From assembly GCF_030222135.1 (NCBI RefSeq), contig NW_026988463.1, positions 27,048,907 to 27,112,906 of the forward strand: 64,000 nt of DNA. The letters run 5' to 3'. Below the pieces are notes generated by a model. The model was not told where the DNA came from. It saw only the letters and a program-made list of their open reading frames with translations, and made no database searches. The position numbers were made by a program, and so were the translations under genes. The stretch is from Aotus nancymaae. Its lineage: Eukaryota. Each line of letters begins with the position of its first letter. Within the stretch, counting starts at the first letter, position 1. Of the stretch, positions 1-15,199 are shown one piece after another.

Positions 1-128
1 CTCCAGAACTGTAAGCCAAATAAACGTCTATTGTTTCTAAATTACGCAGACTGTGATATTCTGTGATAGCAACATGAAATGGACGCAGAGTGTTTGAAGC
101 TTGTTTTGAGTCAACTTTTTAAGAATCA

Positions 129-862
<734 letters not shown>

Positions 863-1012
863 AGGTAACTGACACAATAATAAAACTTGTTTGTTGATCC
901 TTGGATTCACATTTCCCAAATGAAAAGACATGTGTCACCTCTTGCAGAATACAACAGAACAAGATTAGTTATTTGATTATTCGGTATTTTTTTTTCTTCC
1001 TTTTTTCTTCTG

Positions 1013-1335
1013 CTTTTTTTTTTTTTTTTTTGGCAGGGGGATAGTGGGCAATGGGTTCATCTCACTCTGTCACCCAGTTTGGAGTGCAGTGGTGATCATA
1101 GCTCTCTGTAGCTTCAACCTCCTGGGCTCAAGCGATTTTCTCCCACCTCAGCCTCCTGAGTAGTTAGGACTACAGGCACACATCACCACACCTAACCCAT
1201 TAAAAAATTTTTTTTTGAGAGACAGAGTCTTGCTGTATTGCCTGGGCTGGTCTTGAACTCCTGGCCTCAAGCAGTTTTCCTGCCTCAGCCTCCCAAATTG
1301 CTGGGATCACAGATGTGAGCCACCACACCTGGCCC
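1013..1335 (-). repeat. Alu SINE
   Basis: poly-T followed by the reverse complement of the Alu consensus (gagacagagtcttgctgt...cctggcc). Confidence 0.9.
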
Positions 1336-1439
1336 TTATCCTTTTTTTCAATTTAATTTAATTTTAGATAAAGGGGTTACCAGGGCATGTTGTATGATGC
1401 TAAGGATTGGGCTTGTGTTGATCACATCGACCAAGTAGA

Positions 1440-1700
1440 AAACAATAGGCAGTTTTTCAGCCCTTTCTCCTCCCTCCCTCCTCTCTACAGTCCCCAGCAT
1501 CTATTGTTCTCATCTTTATGTCTGTGTGTACCCAATGTTCAGCTCCTACTTACAAGTGAGAACATATGATATTAGGGTTTCTGTTTCTGTGTTAATTCAC
1601 TTAGGATAATGGCCTCCAGCTGCATCCCCGTTGCTGCAAAGGACATGGTTTCCTTCATTTCTATGGCTGTGCATTATCCGTTTTCCTACCCTTTGTTCTG
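1440..1700 (+). mobile_element. LINE-1 fragment (ORF2 3'/3'UTR-like region)
   Basis: ctcctacttacaagtgagaacatatgatattagggtttctgtttctgtgttaattcacttaggataatggcctccagctgcatccccgttgctgcaaaggacatg resembles the L1 consensus. Confidence 0.6.
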
Positions 1701-1824
1701 TTATTCATATTGCCTGTTATTGTCTTTAATGGCCTCTTTAACTAAGGTTTTCTTTGCCTGATCTTCTTTATCTTCATCCTGTTACCTTTGACTCTCTATC
1801 GTCTTTTGTTACTCAAGAAAAAAT

Positions 1825-2050
1825 TTGGCTCATGCCTCTAATCCCAACACTTTAGGAGGCCAAGCTGGGCTGATCACCTGAGGTCAGGAGTTCAAGACAT
1901 CCTGGCCAACATGGTGAAACCCCGTCTCTACTAAAAATACAAAAACTAGCCAGGCATGGTGGCAGGCACCTGTAATCCCTGCTGCTCAGGAGGCTGAGGC
2001 ATAAGTATCTCTTGAACCTGGGAGGTAGAGGTTGCAGTGAACCAAGATGG
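1825..2050 (+). repeat. Alu SINE (3' truncated, abuts the LTR)
   Basis: Alu consensus ending at gtgaaccaagatgg. Confidence 0.85.
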
Positions 2051-2300
2051 CCCCGGCTGTTCTCATGATAGTGAATAAGTCTCACAAGATCTGATGGTTT
2101 TATAAAGGGCAGTTCTCCTGCACAAGCTCTTTTGCCTGCCGCCATGTAACACGTGTCTTGGCTCCTCCTTTGCCTTCCGCCATGATCGTGAGGCCTCCCC
2201 AGCCATGTGGAACTTTGAGTCTATTAAACCTCTTTTTCTTTATAAATTACCCAGTCTTGTGTAATTCATCATACCAGTATAAAAATGGACTAATACACCC
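2051..2300 (+). mobile_element. MaLR LTR fragment (THE1/MST-type 3' portion)
   Basis: ctgttctcatgatagtgaataagtctcacaagatctgatggttttataaagggcag...ccatgtggaactttgagtctattaaacctctttttctttataaattacccagtc...ggactaatacaccc matches the THE1/MST consensus. Confidence 0.7.
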
Positions 2301-2818
2301 ATAACAATTTAAAATAAAAAAATTAAAGAATTTGTTAAAGTGCAGCAGAAAAAATAATTTTTAAAAATGCCACCTGATGCTAATCATCTCCACATGAGCA
2401 GTTTATCTCTCCAGTGAATTATGTATCACAGTAAAAAGTGATATCTTGTGGTTCTTATGTGTTCTTCATTCTGTTTAATGCAATACTGCAAGCCTTGTAT
2501 AACACCATGGGACCCATGTGAAGTGCCACTAGTAATGCTGGAAGTGCTTCCAAGAAGCAGGGAAAAGTCATGACATTACAAGAAAAAGTTGAACTGCTTG
2601 ATATGGAATGTGGATTGAGGTCTGCAGCTGTGGCTGCCCCCCATTTACACAGATGATTTTCATCTTATAAACATATGATGTAAACTTATGGTATTCATAA
2701 TACAGTACAGTTCTGTAAATATATTTTCTTTTCCTATGATTTTCCTAATAACATTTTCCTTTCTCTAGTTTACTTTGTAGTAAGACTAAATATATAATAT
2801 ATATATCATGTAGAATGC

Positions 2819-3120
2819 CAGGCGCGGTGGCTCATGCCTGTAATCTCAGCACTTTGGGAGGCTGAGGAGGGCGGATTATGAGGTCAGGAGTTTGACAACA
2901 GCCTGACCAATATGGTGAAACTCTGTCTCTACTAAAAATACAAACATTAGTCGGTGTGGTGGCATGCGCATGTAGTCCCAGCTACTCAGGAGGCTGAGGC
3001 AGAAGAAGAATCGCTTGAACCCGGGAGGCGGAGACTGCAGTGAGCAAAAATCGAGCCACTACACTCTAGCCTGGGTGACAGAGTGAGATGCCATCTCAAA
3101 AAAATAAATAAATAAAAATA
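2819..3120 (+). repeat. Alu SINE
   Basis: Alu consensus with an (AAAT)n/A tail. Confidence 0.9.
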
Positions 3121-3229
3121 ACAGGCAGAATATGTGTTAACTGACTGTTTGTGTTATCGGTAAGGCTTCTGATTAACATTAGGCTATTAGTAGTTAAGTT
3201 TGGGGGCAGTCAAAAGTTATATGAGGCCA

Positions 3230-3520
3230 AGGCCAGGCACAGTGGCTCCTGCCTGTAATCCCAGAACTTTGAAAGATGGAGGTGGGCAGATCACTTGAAG
3301 TCAGGAGTTCAAGACTAGCCTTGTCAACATGGTGAAACCCCATCTCTACTAAAAATACAAAAATTAGCCAGATGTGGTGATGTGCACCTGTAATCCCAGC
3401 TATTCAGGAGGCTGGAGCAGGGGAATCACTTCAACCCAGGAGGTGGAGGTTGCAGTGAGCTGAAATAGAGCCATTGCACTCCAGCCTGGGTGACAGAGCA
3501 AGACTCAGTCAAAAAAAAGT
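3230..3520 (+). repeat. Alu SINE
   Basis: Alu consensus; flanked by the repeated aaaagttatatgagg (TSD). Confidence 0.88.
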
Positions 3521-3526
3521 TATATG

Positions 3527-3655
3527 AGGCTGGGTATGGTGGCTCATACATATAATCCTAGTACTTTGAGAGGCTGAGGTGGGAGGACTGCTTGAGGCCA
3601 GAAGTACAAGACCAGCCCAGGCAACATATTAAGACCCTATCTCTACCAAAAAAAA
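3527..3655 (+). repeat. Alu monomer (FLAM-like)
   Basis: Left-monomer consensus only, A tail, same aaaagttata flank. Confidence 0.75.
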
Positions 3656-4497
3656 GTTATACATGGATTTTCAACTGTGTTAGGCTTGGCATCCCTAACC
3701 CCCACAATGTTCAAGAGTCAACTGCAGGAAGACTTGAAAATTGAAATTACTCAGGCTCATGGGCTGAAGAACAGATATTGTGTTAGTAGGCATGAAAACA
3801 ATATTAATTTCCTTGTACATCTCCATTAGAGCTCTTGAGTGACCAGAAAAACTGTCATAATGTTTTGAAAGGAATCTCTTTCTGAGCAGTAGGTCTCAAC
3901 AGTAGACTTAAAATATTCCATGAACCATGCCATAAACAGACATATGGCCATTCAGGCTTTCTTGTTCCATTAATAGGGCAGAGGCAGAATGGATTTAGCA
4001 TAATTTTTCAGGGCCCTAGGATTTTCAGAATGGTTAATGAGCATTGGTTGCAACTTAAAGTCACGAGCTGCATTAGTCCCTAACAAGAGAGTCAACCTGT
4101 CCTTCAAAGCGTTGAAGCCAGGCATTGACTTCTCCTTGCTAGCTATGAAAGTCCTAGATGGCATCTTCTTCCAATAGAAGGCTGTTTTGTCTACGTTGGA
4201 AATCTGTTGTTTCATAAGCCAGTTTCATCAGTTATCTTAGCTAGATCTTCTGGATAACTTGCTGCAGCTTCTACACAGCACTTGCTGCTTCATCTGGCAC
4301 TTTTATGTTCTGCAGATGGCTTATTTCCTTAAACCTCATGAACTAGCCTCTGCTAACCTCAAATTTTTCTTCTGCAACTTCCTCATCCCTCTAAGTCTTC
4401 ATAGCAGTGAAGAGATTTAGGGCTGTTGTGGCTGTTTTGGTCTTTTCAGACCACTAAAACTTTCTCCATATCAGCAATAAAGCTGTTTCACTTTCCT

Positions 4498-4785
4498 CTT
4501 TTTTTTTTTTTTTTTTTGAGATGGAATTTCCCTCTGTCACCCAGGCTGGAGTGCAGTGTCACGAATTCAAGTGATTCTCCTGTCTCAGCCTCCTGAGTAG
4601 CTGGGATTACAGGTTTGTGCCACAATGTCCCACTACTTTGTGTATTTTTAGTAGAGATGGGTTTCCACCATGTTGACCAGGCTGGTCTCGAACTCCTGAC
4701 CTCAGGTGATCCACACACCTCAGTCTCCCAAAGTGCTGCGATTACAGGCATGAGCCACTCACTACACTTGGCCACTTTTTTATTA
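4498..4785 (-). repeat. Alu SINE (inserted in the Tigger element)
   Basis: poly-T followed by the reverse complement of the Alu consensus. Confidence 0.9.
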
Positions 4786-5088
4786 TTCATGTCTTCACTG
4801 GAGTAGCACTTTTAACTTCCTTCAAAAACTTTTCCACTGGATTAATAAGTTGGCTAACTGGTACAAGCAGGCTATCTTGGCTTTTGACATGCCTTTTTCA
4901 CTAAGATTAATCATTTCTAGCTTTGGACTTAAAGTGAGAGCCCATTGTAGGCTTATTAATTGGCCTAACTTCAATATCATTGCATCTCAGGGAATAAGGA
5001 GGCCTGAAGAAAGAGAGAGAGACAAAGGAACAGCTGGTTGGCAGAGCAGTCAAACCACACAACATTTGTCAATTAAGTTTGCTATCTT

Positions 5089-5402
5089 AGGCCAGGTGCA
5101 GTGCTCACACCTGTAATCCCAGAATTTTGAGAGGCTGAGGCGGGCAGATCACCTGAGGCTAGGAGTTTGAAACCAGCCTGGCCAACATGGTGAAACCCTG
5201 TCTCTACTAAAAATACAAAAATTAGCTGGGCATGGTGGTGCATGCCTGTAGTCCCATCTACTAGGGAGGCTGAGGCAGGAGAATCACTTGAACACGGGAG
5301 GCAGAGAGGTTGCAGTGAGCCGAGATCATGCCACTGTGCTCCAGCCTTGGTGACAGAGCAAGACTCTGTCTCAAAAAAAAAGAAAGAAAGAAAGAAAGAA
5401 AA
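5089..5402 (+). repeat. Alu SINE (inserted in the Tigger element)
   Basis: Alu consensus with an (GAAA)n tail. Confidence 0.9.
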
Positions 5403-5793
5403 AGCTTGCTGTCTTATATGGGTGAGGTTTACAGTGTCCCAAAACAATTATGGTAGTAACATCAAAGATCACTGATCACAGGTCACCATAAGAGATAAAA
5501 TAATAATGAAAAAGTTTGAAATATTGTGAGAATTACCAAAATGTCACACAGAGACATTAAGAGAGCACATGCAGTTGGAAAATTGACACCGATAAACTTG
5601 CTCAACACAGGGTTGCCACACACCTTCCATTTGTAAGAAATACAATATTTGTGAAGGGCAATAAAGCAAGGTGTAATAAAACAAGGAGTGCCTGTGTATA
5701 TTTTTCATTTAACTTAAACAATTTCTGAAAACCATCACAATTTACTTAACTCATAAGATCAACATAAACACATTGAGAAGGCTTAAATCATGA

Positions 5794-6095
<302 letters not shown>

Positions 6096-6217
6096 TTAAC
6101 CCTATTCTTGTACAAATCAAAATATGCTGGCATCATTTTTACATGGGTGAGTAAAAATTTAAACTGAGTCATGCCAAAACCTCTTCTTTTATCTTGGAAC
6201 TAAGATGACTTCTGTTT

Positions 6218-6485
6218 TTTTGTTTTTGAGATGGAGTTTTTGCTCTTGTTGCTCAGGCTGGGGTGCAGTGGCACAATCTCAGCTCACGGCAACCTCCACC
6301 TCCTGCTTCAGCCTCCTGAGTGGCTGGGATTACAGGTGCCTGACCCCACACTCAGCTAATTTTTTTTTTTTTTTAATAGAGACAGGGTTTCACCATGTAG
6401 GCCAGGATGGTCTTGAACTCCTGATCTTATGTGATCCACCCTCCTCGGTGTCCCAAAGTGCTGGGATTACAGGCATGATAGACCT
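6218..6485 (-). repeat. Alu SINE
   Basis: Reverse complement of the Alu consensus. Confidence 0.88.
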
Positions 6486-6804
6486 TTTCTTATAGCTGGA
6501 ATACCAAAGGCTATTACATTAAATATACTTTTCAGTGATTATATAGACAGACACTATATATATATGACTTTATGTTTCTTTTAGACATTCCTATTTCTTT
6601 TAGGACTAGCTTTCCCTAGAATTTGCACATGCAACTGAACAATTTTTTGATTAGTTAATCTTTAAAGCTTTCTGAAAGAGGTGGGGAAAAAGAGTGAAAT
6701 GGAACAGCAAGAAAATATGAGAAGAAGCTTCTTCAGACAAACATGAAATTATCACTCCAAAAGGCTCAGGTTATACTCCCTCTGCAAGGAGAAGGTAGAT
6801 AGTT

Positions 6805-7145
<341 letters not shown>

Positions 7146-7591
7146 TAAATGAAATATTGCCTATGTTAAACAAAATAATCTCTGTTTTTAACAAACAAGG
7201 CAAACAATCTCATGAAGGTTTTTTCCCTTTGTGTTCTGAGGCACCTCCCAAATGAACAATCTTGTTACTATCAAAAGTTCCACCAAACGGCTACTGCAAT
7301 TACAAACTGTCCCTGAGGAAACTGTGTCAGTTAGAGATGTATGGGTACAAGTTATTGAAATCATGAGAAAACATAAGGAAGCAGGTCTTTGGCTCGGTTT
7401 TAGTTGAGACTGGGGTCTAAAAGAAAGATGCTTGTACAATTTTGTATCTCTAGAATGTGGCCAAACACCATCGCTGATCAGAGGCCAGAGAAAGCCTCCT
7501 GATTCTGAGCAGAAGAAATGAAACAAAGCAGTTTGTAAAGACATAGGCAAAACCAAAGAAATCCTTATCAAGGTTTTGAAATGGTGACCTG

Positions 7592-8222
<631 letters not shown>

Positions 8223-8472
8223 AAATGGTGACCTGGGCAAAGTTTATCCAAAGGACTTTAGTCTGAGAACAGCTTCTGAATTGTACAGTTTCTGTGGCTG
8301 GTTGTAGGACAGATTTACTGGCTCTTGGTTGCTGGAGTGATTTCTCTAGTTAATTCTGATAACAAATAAGACTCCGGGATGCTAACTAGTTGCACAACCC
8401 CTCAACAGTTGGCATCCCTACATTTCTAGAGGGACAAGTTGTGTTTAGTCACCAGAGATTCAGCAATAATAG

Positions 8473-9520
<1,048 letters not shown>

Positions 9521-9656
9521 TAGGAATGAGTGTAGAAGGACAGAAAACAATTGCACCAAGGACAAAATAAAAATCTGATCAGATAACTAAAAATCCAGGG
9601 TGGGGACCTTATTACAGGAGTGAAAAAACTGAAAAACAAAATATACTCAATGTTTA

Positions 9657-9955
9657 GCAGGGTGTGGTGGTTCACACCTATAATCCCAGCACTTTGGGAA
9701 ACCGACATGGGAGGACCACATTGAGCTCAGGAGTTTGAAACCAGCCTGGGCAACATGACAAAACCTCATCTCTACCAAAAAAAAAAAAAAATAACTGACA
9801 TTGGTTAATTTTAGTGTCAGCTACTCAGGAGGCTGAGACTGGAGAATCACTGGAGCTGGGAAGCAGACGTTGCAGTGAGCTGAGATGGTACCACTGCATT
9901 CCAGCCTGGGCAACAGAGACCTTGTCTCTAAATAAATAAATAAATAAATAAACCC
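9657..9955 (+). repeat. Alu SINE with about 25 bp of foreign sequence in the middle A-rich linker
   Basis: Left monomer 9657-9795 and right monomer 9815-9955 with an (AAAT)n tail. Confidence 0.75.
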
Positions 9956-10427
9956 AATGCTTAAGGCTATCAACAAAATATCAGAACTCCATTCATTGAG
10001 CATTTATCTCCCAGCCATCAGCAGGATGGCACCTCAGAGATATAAGTGGTGTCAGGTGTGCATACAATGATGTGTCAAAGGTCTCAGTCCAAGGCGGTGA
10101 GGGCTTCAGCTGAATCTTTGTTGCTCCTCCATTTCTGATAGTACCCTCCAACCAAGGACCACCAGGAAGCACCTACAGTTGAACAAGGGAGGCCAAACAC
10201 CATGGGCATCTCAGTAAGAGCATGTGTGAAAGGACTTACTACAAGATTGGGGCTTGTGTTAGGCAAATTCCTAGGTGGGTTAAAAAAAAAGGGGGGGGCG
10301 TTTGCTCTGGGTTGGATGCTATCAGGAAGTAGGGATCATTCTTTTTGATTATCTTCATAATTCTCATCTAGACAATAGGAGGAATGAATCAAGCTAAAAC
10401 TGTACTTGGTAAAGACACTGCAGTGAC

Positions 10428-10750
10428 TGGGTGCAGTGGGTCACACCTGTAATCCCAGCATTTTGGGAGGCTGAGTCGGACAGATCACCGGAGGTCAGAA
10501 GTTCGAGACCAGCCTGGGAAACATGGTGAAACCCCATCTCTACTAAAAATACAGAAATGATCCAGGCACGATGGTATGCGCCTGCAATCCCAGCTACTCT
10601 GGAGGCTGAGGCAGGAGAATCGCTTGAACCTGGAGGCGGAAGTTGCAGTGAGCCGAGACCACATCACTGCACTCCAGCTTGAGTAACAGAGCAAGACTTT
10701 GTTTCAAAAACAAAACAAAATAAACAACAACAACAACAACAACAAAAAGC
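10428..10750 (+). repeat. Alu SINE
   Basis: Alu consensus with a (CAA)n/A tail. Confidence 0.9.
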
Positions 10751-11542
10751 AGCAGTGACTTATGCTGCAGGAGAGGGGGTTGTGTTTGGTGGGGGTTGTG
10801 CTTAGTCATTTTTGTGGTTTGGAGAATGTTCTTGTTTCTGTGTTGAGGCTTAATTATGGTCTTTTCTCGATCCATCAGTCAGAGTGACCTTGTCCGATGT
10901 TTTTTGTGAAACTATTATGCTCAACAGGACACCACCATAGCGTCGCTGTTGATGCCAGGCCAGCTCCTAGCAACACCAAGGCTTCTGGAGTGAGGGTGCA
11001 AACCAGCTCCTGGCTGGCAGCAGGTGCTGTTCTCCTTTTCACCGCCACTGAAATCAGAACTGGCAACCCCTTTGGTAGAACATGAGCTCCCGGTCACTAC
11101 AGTCTCATTTATCTCCAGTAACAGGCCCATGTCACTCATTTACACTCTGCACTCTCCTGCATGTGCAGCCCTGACACCAACCACGCCCAGAGAAAAGTCA
11201 TTCGTCTAGCATCTTCCAGTGACCTGCTGGCAGGGCTGAAGGAAAGACTTTGACTCTGTGTTTTCCCTCCAGCAACCCCCCTTGCTAGACATTAAGGCAG
11301 ATTGTTAAATCCCTGATGTGTCAGCGTCTAAACTGGATGCAGATTGGGTCAGATAAAAACACTTCTCAGTGCACTTTCTTGTCAACAGTGGGTTCCTATC
11401 TTTTCTTCCTTCTTTTGGGGTTGGGTGCTAGGTCCCATGACATTAGCTGGCATTCTAAGACGTTTGTTCAGGTGCTGCGGCCACCCCTGACACGCCCTCT
11501 GCTCTCAAATACGGAGAGCGTGTTCCTGCCTGCCTGAAGATT

Positions 11543-11830
11543 TTTTTTTTTTTTTTAAAGATGGAGTCTCACTCTGTTGCCCAGGCTGGAGTGAAGTGGC
11601 ACTATCTTGGCTCACTGCAACCTCCACCTCCTGGGTTCAAGCGATACTCCGGCCTCAGCCTCTGAGTAGCTGGGTCTACAGGTGTGCACCACCACGCCTG
11701 GCTAATTTTTCTATTTTTTAGTAGAAACGGGATTTCATCATATTGGACAGGCTGGTCTCGAACTCCTGACCTAGTGATCCACCCGCGTCGGCCTCCCAAA
11801 GTGCTGGGATTACAACCATGAGCCACCGCA
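11543..11830 (-). repeat. Alu SINE
   Basis: Reverse complement of the Alu consensus. Confidence 0.9.
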
Positions 11831-11984
11831 CACTGAGGATCTTTGGATTTGCCTTCTCTCTGCCTGGAACCCTTCCCTCACATCTCCACATAGCCGCTTC
11901 CCAGCTTCAACTCGGCATCACCTCCTCTGGGAGGCCTTCCATCCTTGGTGCCTGCGCAACACTGCTACCCCTTTGGCCTCTGTT

Positions 11985-12145
11985 TTTGTTTTTTTTTTTT
12001 AGGACACTATGTTGCCCACGTGGAGTCGTCCGATCACAGCTTACTGCAGCCTCCAACTCCTGGCCTCAAGCAATCCTCCTGCCTCGGCCTCCTGAGTAGC
12101 TGGGCTTAGAGGCTGGGGTTATAGGCGTCAGCTACCGCGCCCAGC
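11985..12145 (-). repeat. Partial Alu (monomer-like)
   Basis: Partial reverse complement of the Alu consensus. Confidence 0.7.
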
Positions 12146-12149
12146 CGCT

Positions 12150-12699
12150 TTGGCCTCTTTTAAGAGCTTCCCTGCGTGCTTTGTTCGCAGTTCTCGTCAC
12201 GGTCTGTTCAGTGCGCAGGGCCGGGAGGCGGGAAACTGCCCAACGCTCAGTTTCCCCTCAAGCTCGTGAAGCTCTCTGAGAACAGAGACCCAATCACGAG
12301 ATGGAGACTTCGCTTTCCACACTGGGCAGGGGTCGGCAGCATCCTCGATCTGGTCTTGGATACTACAGACCAGAGGGGAGCGCACGTCGACCCGCCCCGA
12401 GACCCTCAGGCCTCAAGCCACTCTTCCACCGGCTCCCCCTGCAAGCCCACTGCGCATGCTTCGTACTCGCAGCCCCGCCCCCCTCGGGGGCGGAGCCGCG
12501 CCTGCGCAGTTGCCCGGCGCCGGCTTCCGGGTGGTGCGAGCGCGATGGGGCGGAGGGCAGGTGTCGCCGAGTAGCGGCGGCGAGTGGGCGTGTACGCCGA
12601 GTGGTCTGGCCCGAGGGCTGGGGGCGGCCGTGGGTCTTCGGGAGCAGGCCAGAGGGCGCGGAGAGAGCCTGGGATCGCCGTCCGCCGCTGCTACCCGGC
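12150..12699 (+). promoter_or_regulatory. KCTD13: CpG-island promoter / 5'UTR region of KCTD13
   Basis: Very high GC and CpG density; GC boxes (gggggcggagcc at about 12486); lies directly upstream of the KCTD13 ATG at 12700; TSS not determinable from sequence. Confidence 0.6.
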
Positions 12700-12943
12700 A
12701 TGTCGGCGGAGGCCTCGGGCCCGGCGGCCGCCTCGGCCCCGTCCCTGGAAACCCCTAAGCCCTCGGGTCTAGAGCCTGGCCCCGCCGCCTATGGTCTCAA
12801 GCCGCTGACCCCGAACAGCAAGTACGTGAAACTGAACGTGGGCGGCTCGCTGCACTACACCACGCTGCGCACCCTCACGGGACAGGACACCATGCTCAAG
12901 GCCATGTTCAGCGGCCGCGTGGAGGTGCTAACCGACGCCGGAG
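12700..12943 (+). CDS. KCTD13: KCTD13 coding exon 1 (start codon; N-terminal part of BTB domain)
   Basis: ATG at 12700. Translation [81 protein letters not shown] matches the KCTD13 (BACURD1/PDIP1) N-terminus. Donor GT at 12944. Frame checked against the ORF track. Confidence 0.9.
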
Positions 12944-13713
12944 GTACGAGCGGCATCCCCACGGTGCCTCCATCCCCAGACCCCCAGCTCCCGTTCCTCA
13001 CAGTCTCTCACCACCGGGGCTCTTCATGCCCCTTCTCTCTGCTCACTACTGTCCGGTCAACTCATTCTCAGCTCCCTCCAGCGCCCACATCCCATCTCCT
13101 CCCCTTTCTCATAATTTTCCCTTCACCAGTCCTTTACCCCCAGCAATAACCAACATTTACGGAACCCCTAACTCTTCCAGGCGCTGTGGTAAGTGATTGA
13201 ACGTGTCATTTCATAATCCTCATGACACTTCTCCCATCCTTCACCCCTCAGCTCAAGACTTGGGTACTAGCCCTGCTGCCTGCAATTCTGCTCCTGGCAG
13301 CCTTCATCAGTTTCTTCCAACTGCCCAGCCTTTTGTTTCCCTCTCTGCCTCAGAACTGCTCAGCCAACCTGGAGAGGTGGGAGATCTTGTCTGCCTCTGT
13401 GTTCTCCCGACACAGGTCCCTGTACACTCTAGGAATCCACCTGTAGATACACATTACAAAAGGAGGATGCTTTGGGTTTGCCAGGGACACCAGAGTGGAG
13501 GGGTAGACAGGTCTCCTTGGCAGGTGAACCTTACCTTCTTGGAGTGTCGCATTCAAGTTTGGACCCTACATGCCCAAGTGAGACCTTAAAGTTTTGGAGT
13601 TTGGAACTGGGAGATTCTTAAGGGAGGAGTTAACAAGGACTATGAGAACAGGAGAATAAAAATTTGGGAGGCGGACATCTGCCTTCAAGTATCAAAGGTG
13701 AAGAATTTGACTG

Positions 13714-13975
<262 letters not shown>

Positions 13976-14469
13976 ATTCCATCAAAAGAAAAAAAGGTGA
14001 AGAATTCATTTGTTCAATAAGTATTTGTAAAATATCAGTTAGTGGTGGAGATACATAGGTAAATGAACGTGACAAAATTATGGAAAGTCCCCTTTTTTAA
14101 GGAGATGGGAGATTAGATCAATAAGCAAGTAAAAATGTATATGCACATGCAGTTGCAGATGGTAGTAAGTTCTTTTTTTTTTGATAAGTTCTATGAAGAA
14201 TATAAAAGTTAAAATAGTAGTGAACTGGAGGGAGGAGGTAGACATTTTAAATAGATGGTCAGAATTAACATGGGGGTTAGAGGTTTATTGATAAGGTCAT
14301 TCTGCAAGAACTTCCATGGTAAGAGCCTTCTGACCGTAGATCAGATATGGAAGAATTAATTCTCTGGCTGGATAAAACTTATGGGAGAACTCACTAGAGA
14401 TATTTTAAAGAGATTTTTTGGCTGTGGCACAGATTAGTATTCAGTCTTTTTTGTGACTTTGGAAATCCT

Positions 14470-14808
<339 letters not shown>

Positions 14809-14831
14809 AATCCTTTTTTTCTTATAATTTA

Positions 14832-14960
14832 GGCCAGGTGTGGTGACTCACACCTATAATTCAAGTACTTTGCGAGGCTGAGATGGGAAGATCACTTGAG
14901 CCCAGGAGTTTGAGACCAGCCTGGGCAACATAGTGAGACTCCATCTCTATGAAAAAATTT
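14832..14960 (+). repeat. Alu monomer (FLAM-like), about 70 bp upstream of KCTD13 exon 2
   Basis: Left-monomer consensus. Confidence 0.75.
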
Positions 14961-15029
14961 TTTTTAATTTAGTATCTTCAGGTCCCCCAGCAAAGCCATC
15001 TTTCCTTCTGCCTTTCCCCACCCTACTAG

Positions 15030-15199
15030 GTTGGGTGCTGATTGACCGGAGCGGTCGTCATTTTGGTACAATCCTCAACTACCTGCGGGACGGGTCTGTG
15101 CCACTGCCGGAGAGTACCAGAGAACTGGGAGAGCTGCTGGGCGAAGCACGCTACTACCTGGTTCAGGGCCTGATTGACGACTGCCAGCTGGCACTGCAG
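15030..15199 (+). CDS. KCTD13: KCTD13 coding exon 2 (BTB domain C-part)
   Basis: Acceptor AG at 15028-15029. Encodes (G)[56 protein letters not shown]. Donor GTGAGG at 15200. Confidence 0.9.

Larger units (their letters stand above)
3660..5700 (-). mobile_element. Tigger-family (pogo-like) DNA transposon remnants, interrupted by two Alus
   Basis: 3663-3726 is a Tigger2/MER-like terminus (cccctaacccccacaatgttcaagagtcaactg). 3727-5700 is a reverse-complemented Tigger1 body ending ...ataaaacaaggagtgcctg. The - strand ORF 3970..4215 ([69 protein letters not shown]) is a decayed pogo/Tigger transposase fragment. Confidence 0.65.

Noticed and set aside
12301-13149. A 282-aa + strand ORF spanning the KCTD13 5' region, exon 1 and into intron 1
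   Set aside because: This is read-through of the genuine exon 1 frame past the GT donor at 12944 into the intron. The upstream extension is treated only as a lead (see findings), not as a gene
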